From positions 15,676,642 through 15,740,641 of the forward strand of contig OZ037770.1 of NCBI GenBank assembly GCA_964035545.1: a stretch of DNA of 64,000 nt. The letters are read 5' to 3'. This DNA comes from Bugula neritina. Lineage: Eukaryota > Animalia > Bryozoa. Shown here one piece after another: positions 1-11,025 of the stretch. The notes under the pieces were generated by a model. It had not been told where the DNA came from, did not search any database, and saw only the letters and a program-made list of their open reading frames with translations. The position numbers and the translations under genes are program-made. How positions within the stretch are numbered: the stretch's first letter is position 1; each line of letters opens with the position of its first letter.

Positions 1-282
1 AGCGCGTCATAAATTTGTGTTCTGTGTTAGTAGTTATAGTATATACATTTACTTCACTTGCGTGTTAGAAGTTAGTATTTACACTTCATTTTACTGAGTT
101 TCATATATCTGTTTAATCTCCAAAAATAAAAGGTCTTTGCTTAATGAGAGTTTCTTAAGAGCAATCTTTGGTCAACATTTTACACATTTTATTAATATTC
201 ATATTGTTAGAAGACATTGACTGTAAGGAGAAAACTTTTTCACAAAAATAGTCGTATAACTTTTAAATCTAACTTTCAATCA

Positions 283-1068
283 TTAGTGAAATAGTGATAA
301 TTTACAGTGTAATAATACACTTACTTTATAGTGAAATAACACACTTACTTTATAGTGAAATAATACACTTACTTTATGGTGAAATAATACACTTACTTTA
401 TAGTGTAATAATACACTTACTTTATAGTGAAATAATACACTTACTTTATAGTGAAATAATACACTTACTTTATAGTGAAATAATATACTTACTTTATAGT
501 GAAATAATACACTTACTTTATAGTGAAATAATACACTTACTTTATAGTGAAATAATACACTTACTTTATAGTGAAATAATACACTTACTTTATAGTGAAA
601 TAATACACTTACTTTATAGTGTAATAATACACTTACTTTATAGTGAAATAATACACTTACTTTATAGTGAAATAATATACTTACTTTATAGTGAAATAAT
701 ACACTTACTTTATAGTGAAATAACACACTTACTTTATAGTGAAATAACACACTTACTTTATAGTGAAATAATACACTTACTTTATAGTGAAATAACACAC
801 TTACTTTATAGTGAAATAATACACTTACTTTATAGTGAAATAATACACTTACTTTATAGTGTAATAATACACTTACTTTATAGTGAAATAATACACTTAC
901 TTTATAGTGAAATAATACACTTACTTTATAGTGAAATAATACACTTACTTTATAGTGTAATAATACACTTACTTTATAGTGAAATAATACACTTACTTTA
1001 TAGTGAAATAATACACTTACTTTATAGTGAAATAATACACTTACTTTATAGTGAAACAATACACTTAC
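283..1068. repeat. 24-bp minisatellite (tagtgaaataatacacttacttta), ~32 copies
   Basis: Visible tandem array. On the - strand each unit contains gtaagt, a donor consensus. Confidence 0.97.
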
Positions 1069-2523
1069 TTCAGGGTCTATTTTTATGCTTATTTCGAGTC
1101 AACAAAGTAATAAAAATCAATCGGTTTGTTTTCTATTGAATCAAAATAGACAGGAGAAGATAAACTCTAAAACACACTTGTAATCATGGAACAAATTCAA
1201 TACAACAATTAGCATCATATTCAATCAATCAGCAAGTAGAATATACATTGTATATAAGTTATTTATGTAAAGTCATCTATGACATTAATATACACATCTC
1301 TAAATATATAAATGCAGAAATATTTTTACTTCAAGCATATTTTTTCAGGAAACAGTTTTATAAACTATTTTTATGTAACAAATGAAGGAAATATCTGCTA
1401 TTTGTTATGTAGAGCATCTCTGTACTCACACACCTATGAAACTATTTCCTTTCATACGTATCATTGAGTAGACAGATTGTTGAAATTCTCCTGTGAGTTA
1501 ATTTCATGTGCTGAGTAAGCAATTCCCACACAAGTAGCTGGTCAACAGCCAACAGGGTTGCTAGGTAACCTGTAAACAAATCTTCAACGTGTACATTGTT
1601 CTTTATATAACTCGCTTCCCACATCTAATCTCACCACACCTTAAGTAACTGTTGTTTTGATGAGAAGGGCTCTTAGTGCACTCGATATGCACCTAAATAT
1701 CATAACTTCGGCAACACTGCATCTTGTAATCAGAAATATTAAAGCTATATATTCAGTATGTATAACAGTATACAGTACTAAAGCTACTTCTTGTTTGTAA
1801 CAATGCAGTACTAAAGCTACATCCGTGCAGTGAACCTAAAGTTGCATAAACTTGTAACTCTTTAATAAAACAAAAGTTTTACTTTTGCACTGAGAGCTGA
1901 TCCCCCTGTTTTATACCTTGACTTATTTAATTATATTATCTTTTAGTTATGCTATATTTAGAGCAGCTATACATGTATAACGTCATATTAAATTAGGTAA
2001 AGCTTAAATTAATAATTTTTAACTTGTTTTCAGACATTATTTCCCTTTCCTAATGAAGTAGTCGTTTTAGGATTTCGATGTGTGAGAATATTCAGTATTA
2101 ATTAACTAACTATAAATACTTTAGTCTGTTTTATACAAAATAAATCCCTACAGGATTATGGGTACACTATTATTCATTCCTTGTTTTCCCTCATTAATTA
2201 TTTACAATATTCTCAGTTAAAAAGTCTATGTAGCCAGGAGTATTTCTCACAGCTAAATGCATAAAAATCAATTTTCTTAGAGTTAGGTTGAGTTACATAG
2301 TTGTAAACTAATTCCTTCATCACGTGTAGATGTGAACCCATGTCTTTAATGAGGAAGGGGAAGATGGTTACAAGGATCTAGAGCTAACATACTTTTAATC
2401 TAATAATAAAACAAATCAGGTCACCTGATATTAACGTCAGCTAAGTTACAAGGAACATCTTTTTAGTTACCAACTGTTATTGTACTGAGCTGCACCATAG
2501 AATCTTCTGGAGTCTTATTCTCC

Positions 2524-5500
2524 ATGAGCATGTCTACGACTGAACTAAAAGAAAGAGCTAAACTAAGAGCGGAGTTGAAGGATCTCCTGAATGACTTCTC
2601 TGAAAACTCTACTGCCCACGGCCCACCCAAGGTGAGTTCAGCCCACCCAAGGTGAGTTCAGCCCACCCAAGGTAAGTTCAGCCCACCCAAGGTGAGTTCA
2701 GCCCACCCAAGGTGAGTTCAGCCCACTCAAGGTGAGTTCAGCCCACCCAAGGTGAGTTCAGCTCACCTTGGGTGAGTTCAGTCCACCCAAGGTGAGTTCA
2801 GCTCACCCAAGGTGAGTTCAGCCTACCCAAGGTAAGTTCAGCCTACCCAAGGTAAGTTCAGCCCACCCAAGGTGAGTTCAGCCTACCCAAGGTGAGTTCA
2901 GCTCACCCAAGGTGAGTTCAGCCTACCCAAGGTGAGTTCAGCCCACCCAAGGTGAGTTCAGCCTACCCAAGGTGAGTTCAGCCCACCCAAGGTGAGTTCA
3001 GCCCACCCAAGGTGAGTTCAGCCCACCCAAGGTGAGTTCAGCCCACCCAAGGTGAGTTCAGCCCACCCAAGGTGAGTTCTAGTTTGTGTGACCCTTTAAA
3101 ATATAGCTGAAGTTTTCTTGGGCTAAGTTGAGGTTGGGAGGTTATGGTCTTCCAATAGTAAGACAAGGTTTTTTCTAGGATGATGTTGAGATTTTCTTAG
3201 AATAGATTGAAGTACGCAGAGGGTAAACTCAGAAGTGGGAGATATGAATAATATAGATTGCCTTTTCCAATGGTAAGGCTTAGTTCATGTCCATGAGCTA
3301 TTTCTTACATTGGAGTAACAGCATGTTTATCAAAAGCATTTGTAGCATAATTTGTAGTCTAAACCTTTGAAATTATTAGCAATTATTTTTATTTTCTATT
3401 TTTGCCTGGCAAATGAATAGGACTTGGTGGAAGATATTGCTGGATATTGACAAGAACAAATGTAGCTCATTCGTTTGTTTTATATTATAGATTGTGATTT
3501 TCAATTCTTGAAAGTTACGCACAGTTGAAGAAGTGAAGTGGTGTAGTATAGTGACTCATAGGGTTAAAAATTTAACATAATTAAAGCAAACATAATTAGT
3601 CATTTAATAAAGATATAAATTTTGAAAATTAAAAAAATCAAAAATTTTTAAAATAGCACCAAGTTCTTAAATCAATCCTATTGTAAAATTTAATTTGCTC
3701 TTTCAGATTGTACAAAGAAAGTTTATCTTGGCCAAGTTGTTTTGGAGTTGCCTTTTCATTACTGGAATATGTTTCTTTGGGTACTTCAGCTACAAGTTAA
3801 CAGTAAAATACATAAACTATGAGACTACAACAGATATTGAGGTAAAGCTATTTCTCACCACATGTACTCATGGACTATATGCTGCTATTTTATACTACGA
3901 TACCAACTTATTGCTTATGTAAACTACAATTTCTATTAACCCAAAAGCTACAAACTTGTGGTGGTAGTTAGTTTACAAGTTGTCTAACTCAACATGATCT
4001 GAATTCCAGCTGACGTTTGACGTGCTGAAGTTCCCGTCTGTCACGTTCTGTAACCACAACCAGTTCAGGCTGGACAGGATTCCTCAAGACTTGAGGTCAT
4101 TGACCGAGGACTTCATCATGTCTGACAGATTTGAGATGTTTGGTGGAGAAGATTACTTCTACGACTACTTTAGTGAGTCTCAAACGTTCTTCTGTGTTGT
4201 AGTATTGGTATTTGTAGGGTACAGCTAGCTGTATTGTAGCATTGGCATGTTTAGGGTACAGTTATTTGTATTGTAGTATTGGTATTTCGAGGGCACAGAT
4301 ATTTGTATTGTAGTATTGGTATTTGTAGGGCACAGATATTTGTATTGTAGTATTAGTATTTTGAGGGAACAGATATTTGAGTTTTTTATTTAAAGCACCT
4401 ATTAGTTTAGTGATCTGGGTTACGTATCGACTTATAACTGTTGAGACCTTATAGGAACACATATTTCTCTAGAAGTATTTATTTGCAGTTTTTACTGCCT
4501 AAAGTACTCGTCTTTAGAGAACTTATATTACAAAGTGAATGGTGTGATCTATACACATTCTGTTTTAGTGTCTAACCCTACAGACTTCCCCTTGTACATA
4601 CCTTGGTCTTTTAGTGTCTAACCCTACGGACTCCCCCTTATACATACCCTGGTGTTTTAGTGTCTAACCCTACGGACTCCCCCTTATACATACCCTGGTG
4701 TTTTAGTGTCTAACCCTACGGACTCCCCCTTGTACATACCCTGGTGTTTTAGTGTCTAACCCTACGGACTCCCCCTTATACATACCCTGGTGGCTGGAGA
4801 CAACCCAGTCTGTTTCCTCATCTTCAGAATCTTCTAGTAGTGTAACAGGAGGCAATCAGCAAACTACACAAGTCACTGGGGAAGCGAGGAGGAGAAGGAA
4901 AAGATTCATAGCCGAGTTGGATGACAACAGTGTAGCTGTGATGAAAGACATGGTCAGTTTCTATCAGACTCTCCTTCAGTCACTAGATTTCTCATTCTTC
5001 AGAGTATTAGAGGATAAAGCTTTAATTCAGTGCTGTATTCTACTACCAGTTGATAAAGGTTTATACTTTGGCTGTGTTACAGGAGGGGTTTTACCTAATG
5101 CCGAATCTGACCAGTAAAGCGGGAGACATAACCTGGTTCTCAGAAACAGGCAGCCCATCTTCTGGAAGCTCTATTTTACTCAACGTGACAGAATATGTGG
5201 CCAGTTATACATCAGATAGTATGCTGAGAGGTGAGTTATACATCAGATAGTATACTGAGAGGTGAGTTATATACATAAAAAAAACTCACGCAAGTTTATA
5301 ATCGCTCTCCCTGTGAGAAAACCCCTGATGAAAGGGGTTTTTGTTAAATCGGGCTAAAGACTTATTAAGACGAGGCACAGGAGCAATTATGACTAGATGC
5401 TCTTCCTAACATCACCAATGGCCTTTGTCTGAGCTCGAACCCATGACTTTTGTGCGTACTAGGCAAACGCTCTAACCCCTAGGCCACGGCTGCTCCCTAG

Positions 5501-8500
5501 TTATATACGTCAGATAGTATATAAAACACAGCTTAAAGTGTATAGTGAGTGTAATTATGTATAAGATATCTAATTAATTATTTTTGAACACAGCTCAGTA
5601 GTCAATTTTGATAATTATATCAACTCCTTCCCTTGATAGTTTCATATATTGTTAATGCTATGAATGACATGTGCATTGCATCACTCGAACTAAAATTCAA
5701 TCAGAAAATTTGAAAACAAGTGTCATAGTCATTAGTGCCTATTCATCTCATACATCATCAGGGAGTTGCCTCTGTGTTGTTGTCCTTTAGTGTATCAGAT
5801 ATTCAATTAATAAGTACTCAGTTTCAAGAGTCACTATGCTATAATGTTCTTCATAAAGTTAATTAGATGATGTGGAAGCAGTAACTATACAGCTAAGGGT
5901 CATAGTCCTTGATGCTATAAGCAGCTATAGATGCTAGAATTAAGATACATGAAGATTATGCCAGATAGTTGACAATACTCACAGTGATGTCTTACTTACA
6001 TGATGTTGTAGGCATGGGACACGACATTGAAGAAATGCTACAAGGATGTACATTTCAGGGACGCACTTGTGGGCCAGAGTAAGACTTTAATTCTAGCAAC
6101 AAATATCAGCAGTTTTAGTTTTGAGCGAACAGTTTTAGTATATAGTTCTACTTAACTGATGAACAAACTAACTCAGAGCTCAGCCCTCGCATGCAACACT
6201 TTTTGCTTTTATCAAATGATTACTTTGCTTGTTACAGAGTCTTATGCATAGTCACTCAGACACAAATATTCTCTTAGACCAGAAATGATACAGTACTCAC
6301 TGGAATTAGTTAGATACACCAGCATTGCAACTTACTTACGGGGTTGCAATGCTGGCGTTCATTTCCTGCTATATTTTTAGAGACTTCTACCAATTCTATG
6401 ACAGAAAGTACGGGAACTGCTACACTTTCAACAGTGGCATGGACAAACAGGTGGCTAAAGTGACAAGTCCAGGGGCTCCTTTTGGTATAAACATATACTC
6501 CAATAGAGTGCTTTAGCTGTGAGGCAGCTTAAGTGTTACTATTCATATTCAGCTTTGTAAAAGTGTATGAGCTAAATAGGAATAAATATTATAGATCATT
6601 TAACACTTGTGATTTGGCTCTAATATAAAACCATGGCAAGTGTTACTACTGCATCTTTTTGTGTATATGGCAGGTCTGTTTATATATAACTCTGTAGTAT
6701 ATGACAGGTCTGTTTATATATAACTCTGTGGTATACGGTAGGTCTGTTTATATATAACTCTGTAGTATATGGCAGGTCTGTTTATATATGACTCTGTAGT
6801 ATATGGCAGGTCTGTTTATATATAACTCTGTAGTATATGACAGGTCTCCCTGCTACTCGAACAGGACAAAGCAAAGATAGGATAGGTCTGTTTACATAAA
6901 TCTGGTATATATATGGCAGGTCTGAGTCTGACCCTGTTCATCAACCAACCCATGTATGTGCCAGCTCTGAGCAAGCAGTCTGGAGTGAGAGTTCTTCTAC
7001 ACAGACAGGGAGAAGTGCCTTTAGTAGCGGAGGAAGGGTTCAATGCTCCACCCGGCATGGAGAGTGCCATTGCTGTTAGATATGTAGGTTATTAGAAGTA
7101 ATACCATGTAATACATACTATATAATATACTATATATTACAGTATACTATACTATGTACTCTATACTATATACTATACTATACTATACAATACTCTATAC
7201 TATATACTATACTATATACTATACTATATACTATATACTATATACTATATACTATACTATACTATATACTATACTATATACTATATACTATATACTATAT
7301 ACTATATACTATATACTATACTATACTATACTATATAATACAGTATACTATACTATACTATATACTATACTATACTATATACTGTACTATGTTACACATG
7401 TATACATTACTGTGTATAGATAGAGATCAGTAGGATGCCAGGGGAGAAATACAGTAACTGTACGAAGCAAAGTTTGAGTGAAGGCAGCTTTCATGAGTTT
7501 TATCCTGGGAACTACACGCAGCAGGTAATACTTTACACACACTAGGGGAGTATGTCTCGGGCTATATGTTAGATAGTCAGCAGGAGTTGTGTGCTCTCAA
7601 CAGCTGGCATAAAGTACTATGGAAGTTGTCTGTTCACAGTACTTATTAGTAGATATCTTATACGGAGTTGTGTCCTCATATCAAGTTTGGGTAGAGAATA
7701 TCATGTGGAATATAATGTAAATAAACTAGTTGTAAGCTGATGAAAACAGCACATACTACGTTACTGTGTGTTTACCACCCAGTAACTGTGACTATATTAC
7801 CTGACAAGTCCTTGAGCCGTCTGGTGACAGAGTGTCTGTATCTGTAGGCCTGTCTGAAGACCTGTTTACAGAAAGGAATAATAAAGGAGTGTGGCTGTGC
7901 AAACGCCCTTTACAGGAGTCCTCCAGATGTAGAAATCTGCAATGTAGATAAAGGTATGCTTTGCTATTAGTCACGGTAAATTAGTGGTTTTATATGCTAA
8001 TTGCTGAAACAATGAAATTCATTTAAGTGTTTGCTAATACTACTGCTACTGCTACTGCTGTACTGCTACTGCTGCTGCTAATACTACTATTACTACTGCT
8101 ACTGCTACTACTACTATTACTGCTGCCGCTGCTGTTATCACTCACACTATATAGTATATTACAGTTGCGTGTCTTGAGAAGGTTGAGGAGAATTTGCTGG
8201 AATTAGACGTGTGTCTGGGATCCTGTCCGATACAGTGCTGGGAGTCTCAGTACCAACACTCCATCTCCACCAGCCAGTGGCCCTCCAACAACTACGAGGT
8301 TCATCCTGCAGCTCTATTAGTCTCATTTGTCTCAAACTCTCGTATTCTCATTTCTTTAAAAGTCATCAACTTTCAGGACACTGTGAAAAGCATTTTATTT
8401 CATGCAAAATTATTAGCACAGTTATTATTTAACTACAAATGCATAATATTCTATTCGTTTGTTAGCATCAAGTCTGAGCTCACCTGTGATTGGTTGGATA

Positions 8501-9442
8501 TTAAACCAATGAAAATTTGTCATACACATTTTGTAACTCTGCTGTTCTTTTATCATTCTACTTCTGTAACTCAGGTAAATTTTTCAGCCATACCTGGAGC
8601 AAACATTGAAGACACGGGGCAAAGCCTTGAAGAAGATGTTGGAGGCATCTAATAGGTCAGTTCTATAAATAGCAGCCATTCAGCATGAGTCTTAGAAACC
8701 TTGTTAACTCATTTTACAGGCTTTCATGACTACCGAGTTTTTCTTTTGCTACATATTTTGTTTCTCTATTTTATTTGACTCTTACAGCTTTTCCTAAGTC
8801 AGCATAGTTCTGGCAGCAACTTGACAGCAACAGAAATTTGCATTTTTGTTCTCTTGTCACAACATTCAGAAAGTTTTAGCTACAACATAAAGTTGGCTGT
8901 CTTTTTATAGAGGTGGTCTCAGTTGATATAAATAATAAAATATGTTTTGTAGAGACGGTTTGAGAGAAGAGTTTGTTAAACTGGAGATATACTTTGATAA
9001 CCTGAACTTCTACCGCTACAAGGAGCGCCCTAGTATGACGGTAAGTTAAAATAGTAAGTTATAATAGTAAGTTATAATAGTAAGTTATAATAGTAAGTTA
9101 TTGTAAACATAGTAAGTAGTAAACGAATAAATATTATGTGTTACTGTAGGCTCACTCATAGAGCAAAACTCTAAAAGTAAAGCCTACTCTATGTTCACAA
9201 GTTAATCTCAGTCTAACTGTAAGTGAGACTCATAAAAGAACATATTTTGTTATTCACAAACTCTGTTGCAGTTTGAAGACCTAATCGGGAATATTGGAGG
9301 CCATCTTGGATTATGGATAGGCATGTCAGTGATCTCTTTTGTGGAAGTATTTGAGCTCATTGTATCCCTGTTTGCTGTTTGCGCTAGGGCTTTGGGTGCG
9401 AGTAAAAAGAATAAAGTGGAGCAGATAAAACAGTTTTGCTAG
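2524..9442 (+). CDS. DEG/ENaC-family sodium channel subunit, paralogue 1 (14 coding exons)
   Basis: Approx. exons: 2524-2631, 3708-3841, 4010-4172, 4753-4952, 5083-5230, 6012-6078, 6381-6484, 6920-7083, 7420-7524, 7848-7952, 8165-8298, 8589-8654, 8953-9040, 9272-9442. Motifs: STAHG, TM1, FPSVTFCNHN, YGNCYTFN, GLSLTL, Cys-rich thumb, TM2 GNIGGHLGLWIGMS. Confidence 0.93.
2621..3079 (+). repeat. 20-bp minisatellite spanning the exon-1 donor (gcccacccaag|gtgagttca), ~23 copies
   Basis: Unit is the last 11 nt of the exon plus the first 9 nt of the intron. Confidence 0.97.
4194..4378. repeat. ~36-bp degenerate intronic tandem repeat
   Basis: tgtattgtagtattggtatttgtagggcacagatatt, ~5 copies just after a donor. 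Confidence 0.85.
4561..4790 (+). repeat. 46-bp repeat spanning an acceptor, 5 copies
   Basis: ttttag recurs at 4563, 4609, 4655, 4701 and 4747. The last copy is the productive acceptor (exon from 4753). Confidence 0.95.
5275..5498 (-). mobile_element. tRNA-derived SINE, copy 1, with 10-bp target-site duplication
   Basis: The - strand begins GGGAGCAGCCGTGGCCTAGGGGTTAG (A box), contains GGTTCGAGCTC (B box) and ends in a T run. agttatatac flanks both sides (5265-5274, 5499-5508). Second copy at 28424-28633. Confidence 0.88.
6662..6925 (+). repeat. 34-bp repeat spanning an acceptor (ggcag|gtctg)
   Basis: ggcaggtctgtttatatataactctgtagtatat units. The last cag (6917-6919) is the productive acceptor. 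Confidence 0.9.
7110..7390. repeat. (tatac/tatatac)n intronic simple repeat
   Basis: Visible; fills most of the intron. Confidence 0.9.
9041..9100 (+). repeat. 13-bp repeat starting at a donor (gtaagttataata)
   Basis: Starts at the intron's GT; ~5 copies. Confidence 0.85.
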
Positions 9443-10018
9443 TAGTATAGAATATACTGAGTATTATACTCTGTATTACCACCTGTAACCATGACTGCCA
9501 GCTGTCATACGCTGCTCCACTTAGTATCAGACTCCGCCCACATTTACAGTCACATGACACTATACTAATCTCCGCCTTAGACTCCGCCCACATCTACACA
9601 TCATAACACTATACTAGATGTTGTTCTGTTTGGAAAGTATGTTGCTTGCTTTGCATTTTAACAAATTCAATAATACAAATCATAAATATTTTCAAATACA
9701 GTTGTTAACTTTTGTAGACATGCTTATGTAATAATTTATCAGCTTTTCAAATAAGTATTTGTCTTCTCTTTTTCTGTTCTTTTGAAAGCCCAGCATATTA
9801 CATTGCCTTGTGCTAGAAAGATTATTTGTAATGACTGTTAATACTGAATTTTTAAAAATTATTATAAACACAATTTTTACATTATTTTTATTTCTATGTA
9901 GACTAGATTTATTTGCTATACTCACAGTTTTGGCTAATAAAACAAATCATGGCTTTTTAGTCCTATACAATTATTTGAGTCGTTTCTGAAGTATGTCTAA
10001 ACGGCAGCGCTAAATCTG

Positions 10019-10420
10019 GGACAGCACTAACTCTGAGACAGCGCTAACTCTGAGACAGCGCTAACTCTGAGACAGCACTAACTCTGAGACAGCGCTAACT
10101 CTGAGACAGCGCTAACTCTGAGACAGCGCTAACTCTGAGGCAGAGCTAACTCTGAGACAGTGCTAACTCTGAGACAGCGCTAACTCTGAGACAGCACTAA
10201 CTCTGAGACAGCACTAACTCTGAGACAGCGCTAACTCTGAGACAGCGCTAACTCTGAGACAGAGCTAACTCTGAGACAGCACTAACTCTGAGACAGAGCT
10301 AACTCTGAGACAGCGCTAACTCTGAGACAGCGCTAACTCTGAGACAGCGCTAACTCTGAGACAGCGCTACCTCTGAGACAGCGCTAACTCTGAGACAGCA
10401 CTAACTCTGAGACAGCGCTA
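10019..10420. repeat. 17-bp intergenic minisatellite (ctaactctgagacagcg)
   Basis: ~23 copies between the two ENaC genes. Confidence 0.97.
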
Positions 10421-11025
10421 AACACAAACTCTCTAATATTAGATACGCCAGATTATTGCAGGAGAATGCAACTCTAGCAACACATGTCTGTTCAGAATAT
10501 TCTGCCAATATATGTGTAACTTGGCTGAAACTGTTTCCCCGTGAGTTTATCTGAGATAAACTGCATTGAATATTATATGTAGTGTTTAAACACAGAGTTT
10601 ATTACTCTAAGAAAGAGCTTTCACTGGCCAATCCTGCTCTGCCAATGTTCTTACTACAGTTATATAATTGAAAGGTCAAGGGCACTGGCTATTCAGCATC
10701 AAATAATAAAACCAATTAGAATAACAACACTCAAGTACTTGAAGATGTACGACAATTTTATTTCTAAAGGCTACAGACACTAATAATATTAAAACTACAT
10801 CAATAAGTAAAATTTTACAAACACATCAATTGGTGTGAGATGAATAAGGGTTGTATTGTGAGGTAGGAGTTTGAGTTAGAGTCAGAATTTGAATACTTAG
10901 AGTTTTATATAGGCAACAGTGACAGCGACAGTTAATGATAACAGTATAGCAGTTGAAACTTATAGTTACAGTTCTAGTTAGAGTGAGAGTTACAGCTCTA
11001 TAGTAATAGTTAGTTGGTGAAGGTA

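Noticed and set aside
283-1139. 258- and 281-aa repetitive ORFs
   Set aside because: Translations of a 24-bp minisatellite. The same applies to the ORFs over 14470-15370, 19613-20023, 31624-32527, 52867-53438, 54248-55777, 56341-57041, 61056-62019 and 62526-63941, apart from the short true exons they overlap.
10019-10420. Regular arrays as possible CRISPR
   Set aside because: No unique spacers, no cas genes, eukaryotic context.
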